Assembly (NCBI GenBank): GCA_963711565.1
Contig: CAVQEQ010000004.1
Location: 768,001-832,000 of the forward strand
Direction: 5' to 3'
From: an uncultured delta proteobacterium
Lineage (GTDB): Bacteria; Desulfobacterota; Binatia; Binatales; Binataceae
DNA: 64,000 nt
Shown here: positions 38,997 to 48,000 of the stretch, in pieces
Position numbering within the stretch: position 1 is the first letter of the stretch
Layout: every line of letters starts with the position of its first letter
The notes under the pieces: model-generated
Databases searched by the model: none
Told to the model about the DNA's origin: nothing
The model's input: only the letters and a program-made list of their open reading frames with translations
Made by a program: the position numbers and the translations under genes

Positions 38997-40029
38997 CTAC
39001 GAAATTACGCCCAGGTCGAAGGGCGCACCCCAGATGGCATCGAGATTGCCGGCCTTGGACCAAAGGGTTTTAATGTCAGACGCGCTCCGCCACAAGCTTG
39101 AATTGTCGCTCGGGCAGGCGAGCATTCGTCGATAGATCTCGCGGCAAAGCGCCTCGGCTTGGTGAAGCCTCGCGACCACTGTCTTCTCAGGAACGGTCCC
39201 TGAAATGTGCGCCTCCTTCCAGTGCTCATGATGTTCGAATTTGTTTCGCAACCTGTACATCTCTTTGAGCGTTGCAACAGTTTCTGTGCCTCCGGAATCG
39301 GTCACGAGTCTTTTCCCATATGAAGCAAACTTATCTGCGCCAAACGCATCGGACGGCAGAAAAGACTCGATCGCCCTCACGAACTGATGCATCCGCACGT
39401 CGTATCTATCGGTGCGAGTCCGGCAGCCGTCCAGGAATGCGCTCAGACCGGAAATGAAACGCCAATAGGCCAGATCCTTTTTCGAGTTCTCTATGTGATC
39501 CTGTCTCACTCGCTCGAGGCGGTCGGCAAACCGGCTCGCGGACCGGAAATTCTCCAACGTCAGAGGCGACGGAGGCCGCCCGCCTTCGCGATGCATCTTG
39601 GGAAAGAATGTCTGCTGCTCGTCCATTGCTGCGCTGATCCGGCCGCCGAGATGAGCTCCCGCGAGACGATAAGCTTTCGTGTATCCGACGCCTCCCGAGA
39701 CAACGAGGCCGTAAAAGAGATTTTCGACGCGCTGTGGAAGCGATTCGTTTTCCGGCTCGGCGTGTGTCATCGGCAGAGGAGCCCGTCGCGTTGCAAAGAG
39801 CACGAAGCTTGTTCGTCCGAGCCGCTCTCGTTCCTGCGGTCCCAACTCTGCACACACGTCCGGATCGACCGGCAGGTGCCAAGATGCCCAAGAGGAGCGA
39901 CCGAGGTCCAGGCTTGCAGGGCCGAATTCCTTAACGCGCGGCATCGGAAATAGTGCCTCGAATGCCAAGCAGGCAAACCTGTCGCCGGCGCCGAGTGGAG
40001 AACTTGCCGATTCAGATACAGTTTTTCAT
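38997..40029 (-). CDS. HEPN-domain protein (RxxxxH); ATG at 40029 is out of frame by one A, in-frame TTG at 39968
   Basis: FVRAIESF, MYRLRNKFEH motif; removing one base from the T5 run at 40022-40026 gives MKTVSESASSPLGAGDRFACLAF. Confidence 0.6.
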
Positions 40030-40130
40030 GTGAACATTTTAGCGCGACTGTTCCTTCCAGCCTCCCCTATGGGGCCGCTTGGCTTGTGAGGCCCCATAGC
40101 GGAGGCCACACAACTGGAAAAGAAAACCAG

Positions 40131-40790
40131 ATGATAGCCCCGAATCGAACCGACCATTCACTCGACACCGTCCTGCACGGCGACTGCGTCTCGCTCATGA
40201 GCGGCCTAAACGCCGAGAGCATTGACTTCATTCTCACCGATCCGCCGTATCTCGTAGACTATTGCTCACGCGACGGCCGCCGCGTCATCAACGACGACAA
40301 TGACGCATGGCTCGCACCCGCTTTCGCCGAGATGTTCCGTCTTCTTAAAGACGGTACATTCTGCCTCAGCTTCTAGGGCTGGAACAAAGCCGATGTCTTC
40401 ATCTTCGCCTGCCGGGCCGCGGGCTTCGCGCTCGCCGGCAACTCGTCTTTCGTAAGCGCTACAGTTCTTCTTCAGTTCGACTCCTCCGTTGCCAGAACGA
40501 GCAAGCCTATCTGCTTTGCAAGGGGCAGTTGCCGCATCTCATCACCGATTTCCGATGTCATCGATTTTCCGTACGCGGGAAACACGCTGCACTCCCACGC
40601 AAAAGCCGACCGCGGCTTTAGAGCCGCTGATCTGCGCGTTCTGCTCCTTGGACGGGGTCGTCCTCGGTCCATTCTCCGGCTCAGCCTTCACTCTGGTCTC
40701 CGCTCAGAAGGCGGTCGGCGCTACATCGGGATCGAGCTGAACCGGGCGCGCTATATGACGGCTTGCCTTCGCCCCAACCAGTCCGACCCC
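40131..40790 (+). pseudogene. N4/N6 DNA methyltransferase of mobile-element type, inactivated
   Basis: HGDC, DFILTDPPY, SF*GWNKAD premature TAG at 40374, frameshifted HPTQKP and VLxPFxGS, YIGIEL. Confidence 0.85.
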
Positions 40791-40959
40791 TTACCTCCGA
40801 GATTCCGCGCTATGACTAAGAGCCTTTCCGCTGATGCCCCGTCTCAAAATTGTGTGCGCACCTTGTCTGCTCCGCTATGGCGAAAGACTCGCTCGCTGTA
40901 CTAAAAGATATCCGGCTGACTGAGTCTGTTGAATTGCCACCGCGCAAGACGATGGTAAA

Positions 40960-41703
40960 TTGGTTGATCACTTTATGAAGATAAAGACCGCGATAAAATC
41001 AGCGTGGACGTACTGCGACCAAACAGTCAGAGCTAGCTTCCGACTAACATTCACCAAGGCAAACGTGAAAGCATTAGTCGCCATCGGCTGCTTCGTTTTC
41101 GTTATAGTCACAACGGCGTACCTTCTGATCAAATGCGTGTGGAATCTTTGGTCAAATGTGGTAACGGACCAAGAATTTCTTATATTCAGCGTGCTTGCGA
41201 GCGGCTTTATCATTTTTCTATGTTCTTGTTCAGAACTCGCTATAGCGAATACCACCGATACGGAGATAGAAAAATGGAATGAAAAGAACCCGAACCATCC
41301 GAGATGGAAGGACTATCTCCGAATAGTCAAGGAGCAAAAAGCCCTTCTGAATATTACAGTCATTTTGGCGAATGCCATAGCAGCGATTGCTATGACGGAA
41401 CTAGTAGTCAAATCGCTGAATCAGCAAGACGATTTTCTTGTAAGCTTTCACGCACCGCTTGTTGGATGGACGCTCTTCACTCTAAAGGCGCCAGATGCGT
41501 TCACTACTATCGGAGCAACGGTAATACTATTTGGAGCGGCTGAATTATTACCGAAACAGATTGCTATGAGGATGAAGGTGAGAGCTACTATAAGGCTGTG
41601 TTGTTGGATAGTGCCACTTGGAATCGTGTTCTTTCCTGTTGCTTACGGCGTGATTGGGCCTCTACGACTGCTTGGGTTTAAGGACGAGGAGATCGGGAGT
41701 TAG
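40960..41703 (+). CDS. Membrane protein with a stand-alone CNNM/DUF21-like transmembrane domain (no CBS domains)
   Basis: FLCSCSELAI, LNITVILAN, ILFGAAELLPKQIA resemble DUF21 motifs; AT-rich. Confidence 0.6.
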   Translation: MVDHFMKIKTAIKSAWTYCDQTVRASFRLTFTKANVKALVAIGCFVFVIVTTAYLLIKCVWNLWSNVVTDQEFLIFSVLASGFIIFLCSCSELAIANTTDTEIEKWNEKNPNHPRWKDYLRIVKEQKALLNITVILANAIAAIAMTELVVKSLNQQDDFLVSFHAPLVGWTLFTLKAPDAFTTIGATVILFGAAELLPKQIAMRMKVRATIRLCCWIVPLGIVFFPVAYGVIGPLRLLGFKDEEIGS

Positions 41704-42126
41704 AGCGACCGAACGAAAGCCGGAAGAGCTCAATAGTTTGTATGCTTCGCTAAGAGGGGCGGTATTTGCTTCGAACGTCCCTGCATAAAATTCGCGCTTG
41801 CTTTGCGGAGCGAATTTATTTGGCTCGGGCAAATACACGATTAGGTCAAATTTGTTTGGCTGCCCGTTGACCCGATACCAAATTGCGCCCTTGATCTCTC
41901 CCACTTTCGCTTCGATGATAGTACTTCCGTCTTGCTTTTTTGTCGTTAGTGTCGCGCCTCGCGTTTCGACTTGCTCGTTTTTGAGCAGCATCCAGCGCCC
42001 TCGCGGAATGATGGCGAGACCCAACCAAGTTTTTATCCGATCTCCGAGACCTTGGGGAGTCGGTCTTGATCCTTCGGGAAGCTGCTGCACTGCAACGCTT
42101 TCGTTTTCGTTTGAAACGGGTGCCAA
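41662..42126 (-). CDS. Hypothetical protein
   Basis: 154-codon ORF in AT-rich DNA with GGGAG upstream of the TTG; convergent with the DUF21 gene. Confidence 0.5.
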   Translation of the reverse strand: MAPVSNENESVAVQQLPEGSRPTPQGLGDRIKTWLGLAIIPRGRWMLLKNEQVETRGATLTTKKQDGSTIIEAKVGEIKGAIWYRVNGQPNKFDLIVYLPEPNKFAPQSKREFYAGTFEANTAPLSEAYKLLSSSGFRSVALTPDLLVLKPKQS

Positions 42127-42873
42127 AGCAATTACTCCCTGCGAGAGATTATACCTTCGTAACGGAAATTACACTAGAAGAAAAGCGGGCAAGTTCAGGA
42201 GAGAACAGCGGCTTGAATTTTCAGATTAAGCGATAACAAAGGGGGGGCCAATAACTACGATTTTCCGTGCACGGGAAACACGCTGCACTCCCACGCAAAA
42301 GCCGACCGCGGCTTTAGAGCCGCTGATCCGCGCGTTCTGCCCCTTGGACGGGGTCGTCCTCGATCCATTCTGCGGCTCAGCCTCCACTCTGTCTCCGCCC
42401 AGGAGGCTGGTCGGCGCTACATCGGGATCGAGCTGGACCGCACGGCTTGCCTTCGCCTCAATCAGTCCGACCCCCCTATCTCCGAGATGCTGCGCCATGA
42501 CTGAGAGCCTTCCGGCGCCCCTCTCGACAGTCACGAATTCTGCGAATTTCCCTGACAGCCAAGTCGACGTCGAATCGCGTCCCAACCATCCCACCTTCAC
42601 GTTTTTTCCTCCGCCAATCATGCGTTCTTCTTTCAGCTCTATCAGAAGACCGCACCATCAATTGCATCCTCGATCTTCGCGTACCTTGCATCCCACTCCG
42701 GCATTTCTGGGCAACGTCTGGCGACCTCACCACGGTATCCCCGCGCTTCCGCACTGCGTTTGTGGCAGCGTGGGAGATTTCCCACCGTGGCTCGCCCTTC
42801 CGTTGCCAAGGCCCCGCCGTCGGTTCACGTCTAGGCCGCATTGGGCGGTCTCCTGAAACTGAAAGGAACTATC

Positions 42874-43170
42874 ATGACTACGATCGCAAAATTGATGAAG
42901 CAAAAAGACGGCGGCTTCATCGGGATCCTCTCCGCCATTTCCGTGCGCGCGCGAAAAATCGCTCTCGCGCCGGTCGAGGGCGACGGCGATAAGGCCCCCA
43001 TTTACTGCGTCCTCCTCGAAGACATGGAGATCGGAGCCGCTTGGAGCCGCGAGGCGAAGTCCGGCAATGAGTACCACCTTGGTCAAGCTCGACTGCCCGC
43101 TGCTCGCTCAGCCCATCTTTTGTGTCCTGGTCAAAGACCTTTATCCCGACTTTACCTTGGAATGCGATCG
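42874..43170 (+). pseudogene. DUF736-family protein, frameshifted near 43075
   Basis: GAAAGGA RBS; KAP.Y....EIGAAW.R..KSGNEY, then VKLDCP..AQPIFCVLV in the next frame. Confidence 0.75.
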
Positions 43171-43478
43171 GCCGAACCGCCGATCCAAGAAGTCATAACC
43201 CTTAAATCGCGGTCTAAATCCTGCGGCCTCGACTTAACCTGAGGCCGCATTTCTCAAATCTAGAAAATCATGAACCAGAAATCGGTGACGAGTCTACTCG
43301 ACAGCATCGACTTCGATGCCGTGGAGCCAAGCTCGCTTTGGGCGCTCGCCGCCGAAAGAGTGAACACTCCCCTCAAGCCGCGCGCTCGGCGTGAGAAAAA
43401 CCAGGGGATGTCCGCTTCGGAGTATCGATACAATTCCGACGCTTGCATTTCTCTCTGGAGTGTGCAAGATACTCGCTC

Positions 43479-44585
43479 ATGAAGCCCCAGCAGCAAACTC
43501 TGTCGGTGCGAATATCGGACGCGCTACGGCGACGCCTGGAGAACTATCGGCATCTGCTGCCGAAGACGGTCAATAGCGACGGCGAGGCCTCGATCTCCGA
43601 GGTTGCAAAGTTCTTTCTGGAGAGCGCTCAGGACGACAATATTGAGGCAAGCGAACTAGTGAGCCGGCCGACCGAAACCTTGCTCAACATCCGCCGCAAG
43701 TGGGAGCGCCAGCAAAGCTTCTCCCGACCGGAGTGGTTGGCGCTCGCCTACTACGTGCAGAGCGGTTGCGAGCAACATTCGGAAAACCCCGATCTGCCAA
43801 CGGCGGAGTCGTACGCGAGCCTCCTAGAGGCTTTCGTTGCGTTGCATTCTCTCAGGATCGGCAAGAACCCGGAAGCCGACCACTATTACCTCGGTAATCT
43901 TGAGTCCCGCGTCGTGGCACCGGGTTCGAATGGAGACGAGCCGGTGGGTTCGGAGGCGGTATCCAAGGCCGCGCGCGGCATCGCCCGTCAACTCAGAGAG
44001 TCACCGGCGTCGACGCCCAAGCCAGTCGCCGTTGGACGCAACCTCTACGTGGTCTTGCGGGACGAGCGGCTCAGAGGAGTCGAGGCCCTGAACCAAGCGC
44101 TGCGGCCCTTCCTGCCTGCGCTGTTTCGGATCGCCGCACGCGGTCATTATCTGCGCGAGAAGCGCCCGGTGCGCGAACAGCGCCGCGCCGATTTCAGTGG
44201 CCTGCGCCCACCTCATGCGCCGCCGGTAGTGGTCGGAGATTTCCGGCTTTCAACCGCGATTGATGAGACCAACGAGTTCTCTATGCTGTTGGACTTGCAG
44301 CCGTACCGTGTGCTCTATCCGCTTGAGCCGTATCCGGTAATTCGCGACTTTGCCACGATGCTTGGAGCGCTCAAGCCCGGCGAGCAGTGGAGAGGCCAGG
44401 AGTTCTTTGGCTACGCCGACCGGACGGGAGCGTCGTTCCAGTTTCGCCGCCGGAGCAATGGGATCACGCTCTCGTTTTCGAACGAGGAATGGCGGGCGCT
44501 CGGAGAGTTGGTGAATAAAGGTCTGCAACTGCCAGAACTGCAACCTGCTTTGGAGGACGCATTGCTGGCATACGGTGAGATCTAA
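43479..44585 (+). CDS. Putative regulator: N-terminal ribbon-helix-helix plus large unknown domain
   Basis: QTLSVRISDALRRRLE...SISEVAKFFLE RHH pattern; co-oriented upstream of xis-int. Confidence 0.55.
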   Translation: MKPQQQTLSVRISDALRRRLENYRHLLPKTVNSDGEASISEVAKFFLESAQDDNIEASELVSRPTETLLNIRRKWERQQSFSRPEWLALAYYVQSGCEQHSENPDLPTAESYASLLEAFVALHSLRIGKNPEADHYYLGNLESRVVAPGSNGDEPVGSEAVSKAARGIARQLRESPASTPKPVAVGRNLYVVLRDERLRGVEALNQALRPFLPALFRIAARGHYLREKRPVREQRRADFSGLRPPHAPPVVVGDFRLSTAIDETNEFSMLLDLQPYRVLYPLEPYPVIRDFATMLGALKPGEQWRGQEFFGYADRTGASFQFRRRSNGITLSFSNEEWRALGELVNKGLQLPELQPALEDALLAYGEI

Positions 44586-44691
44586 TTGTCGATCGCGATG
44601 CGCTGCGGATGACTCGGCTGTTGGCGCTGGTTGAGGACAAGCGCGATGCTGGAATGAACTCTCAAAAAATCAGCACAGGGAGTTGAGTGCC

Positions 44692-44943
44692 ATGGATCAG
44701 CCGAGAGAAGACGAACGCGAGAGTCGGGTCGAGAGCGAGAGTGAATATGTGACCGTTCCCCAACTCGCCAAGAAGATCCACCTGAGTCCCAAGACGGTTT
44801 ACAACTGGATTCGATTCGGAGACATTGGCGAAGAAGACGGCATCTTCGATGTGCACGGGCGAATGCTGATCCACTGGCCAACCTTCCACAAGCGCCAATT
44901 CAAACCACTGCGACGGCCAAACGGTGCCCTCCGAGCAAACTGA
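44692..44943 (+). CDS. Excisionase-like HTH protein
   Basis: YVTVPQLAKKIHLSPKTVYNWI; 12 nt upstream of the integrase. Confidence 0.75.
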   Translation: MDQPREDERESRVESESEYVTVPQLAKKIHLSPKTVYNWIRFGDIGEEDGIFDVHGRMLIHWPTFHKRQFKPLRRPNGALRAN

Positions 44944-44955
44944 GGAGCGAAGCCA

Positions 44956-46233
44956 ATGGCGTGGCTGGAAACCGTCAGCAAGGACGGCAAGAAGTATCTC
45001 CGGATAGGGTTCAAGCTGCCCGGTCATAGCGGTAAGTTCCGGGAGCCGCTTGGCCTCGAGGACAATCGCAGAAATCGGGCGCTGGCGAGGATACAGGTTC
45101 AGAAAGCGATTGAGCGCGAAATCGCCACAGGCACCTTCGACTACGGCAAACGCTTCCCTGACAGCCCTCGGGTGAAGCGCCTCGGATTGCAGACCGACGA
45201 GCCGATCACACTCGGCGAATTTGGCGAGAAGGTCTGGCTGGTCGAGCGCCGCGCAAGCCGGATTAAGCGCTCAACGCATCTCTCGTACGTGGACGTTTTT
45301 CGCACGCACATTCAATCGGCCAAAATCGCGACGATGCAGCTTCGCGAAATCAAGGTCAGCGACATCAACGCATTCAAGCTCGACTTGAACGCCAAGAAGA
45401 CGAAGACGGGCCGTCCGCTCGGTGCTCGCCGCAAGATGATGGTGCTACGCGAGTTGGGCGCAATCCTCAAGCTCGCGCGTCAACTGGATCATGTCGACAA
45501 AGACCTGATGTTCTACGTCAACAAGAGCTTCGCCGACGAGTCGATCATCGAAGACGCGCCGGGTGAGAAACTAAGTCCGTTCAGCGCGGACGAAGTGGGA
45601 CGAATCCTGGAATCCGCTTCGGAGGACGATCCGTCACGATGGGAGCGCAGGCTGCTTGAGGTGTCATTTTTCACCGGCATGCGCCGCGGTGAGGTCTTTG
45701 GGCTAAGATGGTCGAACGTGTTTTTCGAGCGAGGCGTGATCGCGGTACGACGGAGTCTCACGCTTCATGGCGAGAGCTCACCAAAGACCGCAAGAAGCAT
45801 CCGGGATATCGAGATGTTACCGCGCGTGCGCAACGCACTGCTCGAACAACGGCGGTGGGTGACAGGAAGGTTCGAGCTGGGGAGCGAGTTCGTGTTTCCT
45901 AACGGAGCGGGCAGCACGCTCGAAGTGCACAACTTCAGCTTTCGTGTTTGGCCCAGGATCGTAAAACAGGCCGGAGTTCCGTATCGCGCCTTCAAACAAA
46001 CCAGACACACCTTCGCCACGCTGATGCTTCAGCAGGGCGCGCCGCTCGATTGGTTGCAGCGTCAGATGGGTCATGAGGATCTGGAGACCCTCATCAAGCA
46101 CTACTGGAAGTATATCAATCCGCAACGGCTGGGTTCGGACGTTGTCGAGCGGCTGGAGCAGCTCGGAAGAGCCGCGAGCCTTGCACAGAATGCCCAACTT
46201 ATGCCCAACTCGACCGACGCATCAAAAAAATAG
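44956..46233 (+). CDS. Tyrosine recombinase/integrase with N-terminal arm-binding (DUF3596-like) domain
   Basis: REPLGL...GTFDY..RFPDS; TGMRRGE, PKT, QTRHTFAT, QMGH, HY catalytic motifs. Confidence 0.93.
   Translation: MAWLETVSKDGKKYLRIGFKLPGHSGKFREPLGLEDNRRNRALARIQVQKAIEREIATGTFDYGKRFPDSPRVKRLGLQTDEPITLGEFGEKVWLVERRASRIKRSTHLSYVDVFRTHIQSAKIATMQLREIKVSDINAFKLDLNAKKTKTGRPLGARRKMMVLRELGAILKLARQLDHVDKDLMFYVNKSFADESIIEDAPGEKLSPFSADEVGRILESASEDDPSRWERRLLEVSFFTGMRRGEVFGLRWSNVFFERGVIAVRRSLTLHGESSPKTARSIRDIEMLPRVRNALLEQRRWVTGRFELGSEFVFPNGAGSTLEVHNFSFRVWPRIVKQAGVPYRAFKQTRHTFATLMLQQGAPLDWLQRQMGHEDLETLIKHYWKYINPQRLGSDVVERLEQLGRAASLAQNAQLMPNSTDASKK
46190..46210 (+). repeat. Tandem ATGCCCAACT direct repeat; candidate integrase arm-type sites
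   Basis: ATGCCCAACT at 46190-46199 and 46201-46210, about 85 bp before the tRNA. Confidence 0.5.
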
Positions 46234-46295
46234 GCAGAAATTGAACTTCGAAAAGGCCGCTATCCTCATGATATTACTAGCTAAACTCGAAATGT

Positions 46296-46372
46296 GCGCC
46301 CGTAGCTCAACTGGACAGAGCATCAGACTTCGGATCTGAGGGTTGGGGGTTCGAATCCCTCCGGGCGCGCCA
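46296..46372 (+). tRNA. tRNA-Arg (anticodon TCG)
   Basis: GCGCCCG/CGGGCGC acceptor stem, TAGCTCAACTGGA D-arm, TCAGA-CTTCGGA-TCTGA anticodon arm, GGTTCGAATCC T-arm, encoded CCA. Confidence 0.97.
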
Positions 46373-46381
46373 CGCAATTCG

Positions 46382-46414
46382 TTGACAGCCGCTAACGTAA
46401 CTATATACAGTTAC
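46382..46414 (+). promoter_or_regulatory. Sigma70 promoter of hicAB with overlapping palindromic operator
   Basis: TTGACA (46382), 18 nt, TACAGT (46406); GTAACT-N6-AGTTAC at 46397-46414. Confidence 0.65.
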
Positions 46415-46416
46415 AC

Positions 46417-46656
46417 ATGGACCGCTTGGGGAAACTGTTGGCGGCTGCTCGGAACAGTCCTAACGGTCTTTCATTCAAGGATTTTGAAGCCCTGCTAAAG
46501 CAAGCGCGCTGGAAATTCGATCGGCAGAAAGGCAGTCATCAAATCTGGTACTCGCCGAAAAATTCTTTGATTTCTATCCAATCGCGAGGCGGAAAGGCTA
46601 AGGGCTATCAGGTCAGGCAATTCCTCGACGTGTTCGACAGAGAATCCAATGGCTAA
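46417..46656 (+). CDS. hicA: HicA mRNA interferase toxin
   Basis: FKDFEALL...RQKGSHQIW...AKGYQVRQ. Confidence 0.9.
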   Translation: MDRLGKLLAAARNSPNGLSFKDFEALLKQARWKFDRQKGSHQIWYSPKNSLISIQSRGGKAKGYQVRQFLDVFDRESNG

Positions 46657-46996
46657 GCAAAGAGAGAGCGCGCGTTTCGACGGCTACGCGGTTGAGCTGT
46701 TCCTCGACGAAGACAACGACTGGCTGGCTCATCTGGTCGAGCTCCCTGGGATTTCGGCATTCGGCCCGACCCCCGAGAAGGCGCTTAAGGAGCTCAACGT
46801 CGCTTGGGCGGCGGCCAAGGAATCCTATGCGGCTCGTGGCGTCGAAATTCCCGCAGCGCCGGCGCGGCGGCAGTACCGCGGCATCTTCCAGGTGCGCATC
46901 GACCGTCGCGTCCATCGTGCACTCGCGATCGAGGCGGAGCGCGCGGGCGTCAGCTTGAATGCGTTGGTCGCGGAGAAGCTGGCGAAGAGTGTGTAG
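46649..46996 (+). CDS. hicB: HicB antitoxin with C-terminal RHH
   Basis: ELPGISAFGPTPEKALKEL...YRGIFQVRI..RVHRALAIEA...GVSLN. Confidence 0.9.
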   Translation: MAKQRESARFDGYAVELFLDEDNDWLAHLVELPGISAFGPTPEKALKELNVAWAAAKESYAARGVEIPAAPARRQYRGIFQVRIDRRVHRALAIEAERAGVSLNALVAEKLAKSV

Positions 46997-47010
46997 TCTT
47001 CCTGGGTTAC

Positions 47011-47847
47011 TCAGAGCGGGATGGCAGTCCTGAACAATATGAACCGGCCCAGCATTTCGCCTACCAGGACCGACATTACTGCGATGTAGAGGAGGCCGGT
47101 TGCGGCCATCGTTTGCGGGATTTTCAGCGTCTGCCAGCACATCCAGACCAGCACGATCGTCGCGACTGGGCCCAGTATCAAGCGAACTGCGAGCAGTCCA
47201 AGGTGCGAGGCGAATAAGTCATTCACCGCCGCGGCCGCGCCGGCGCTGCCGAGTATCGCGGGGAGTCCGATCGCGAGGCCGAGCGCGATCAGGTCCGCGA
47301 CCAGCACGATCCCCAGCAGCCTGATGTAGGTACGCAGGTAATCGACCGGCATGTCGAGGTCGATGAGGTACCAGTGGCCGAATAGCATCGCGCCGGTCAC
47401 CAGTCCAAGCACCAAAGCCGAGGTAATCGCGGTGAGGGCGTACGCGACCGCCGCGATCGCGCCGAACCCAGGCGGCATCAGGAGCGTCACGTTGGCAATC
47501 AGCGCGACGAGGCCGAGCCCGAGGCCGAGCGCGTAGGCTCGCGAGCGGAGGAGGCCGTTTTCGGTCCAAAGCGTGTAGAGATAGACGGCGACGGCGACGC
47601 TCGACAGGGTCCACAGCGCGGACGCTGTCCACAACGACGCCGCGCCCGGTCCCACGGACGCGCCGCCACGCAATGCCAGCAGTCCGAGGCCGATCGCGGT
47701 CGTAATCGATGCGGCCAGGTAAACCGCCGCGCTCGATTTGTAAAAGCCCCGCTCGACGTTGAAGAAGGGTGGAATCGCAAGCGCGAAGATCCCGCCCCAG
47801 GCGAGTTCTCCGAAGACGAGGATGAAGCAGGCGGCGAATCTGGTCAC
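47011..47847 (-). CDS. Multi-pass membrane protein
   Basis: About 8 hydrophobic segments; AMLFGHWYL and ATGLLY motifs. Confidence 0.75.
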   Translation of the reverse strand: MTRFAACFILVFGELAWGGIFALAIPPFFNVERGFYKSSAAVYLAASITTAIGLGLLALRGGASVGPGAASLWTASALWTLSSVAVAVYLYTLWTENGLLRSRAYALGLGLGLVALIANVTLLMPPGFGAIAAVAYALTAITSALVLGLVTGAMLFGHWYLIDLDMPVDYLRTYIRLLGIVLVADLIALGLAIGLPAILGSAGAAAAVNDLFASHLGLLAVRLILGPVATIVLVWMCWQTLKIPQTMAATGLLYIAVMSVLVGEMLGRFILFRTAIPL

Positions 47848-48000
47848 GCCGGAATACTACCGGTCAACGCTGACCGCGAACACTATCGCGACGCTTGCCC
47901 TGTCGTGCCATTCGATGAAATAAAAGTGAGCCGCGCGTGACCAGTCGCGATTAGACATCTGGCGCGTTGGGACTATAATTGAACCAGATCGAAGGGACCG

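Larger units (their letters stand above)
40562..42514 (+). repeat. Imperfect direct repeat of about 260 bp (40562-40830 and 42258-42514), the methyltransferase 3' end
   Basis: Both copies read cgattttccgt..cgggaaacacgctgcactcccacgcaaaagccgaccgcggctttagagccgctgatc...ggtcggcgctacatcgggatcgagctg...atgact.agagcctt. Confidence 0.92.
1..46295. mobile_element. Integrative conjugative/mobilisable element (genomic island); left boundary lies outside the window
   Basis: T4CP, oriT and relaxase at the left; excisionase and tyrosine integrase next to a tRNA at the right; defence, toxin and anti-restriction cargo with many pseudogenes; visibly less GC-rich than the housekeeping region after 47 kb. Confidence 0.85.

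Noticed and set aside
42226-42856. Several overlapping ORFs in both directions
   Set aside because: They derive from the duplicated methyltransferase remnant and the non-coding leader; no coherent protein
46241-46266. TTGAAC...TATCCT as the tRNA promoter
   Set aside because: The spacer is only 14 nt; no convincing promoter could be assigned
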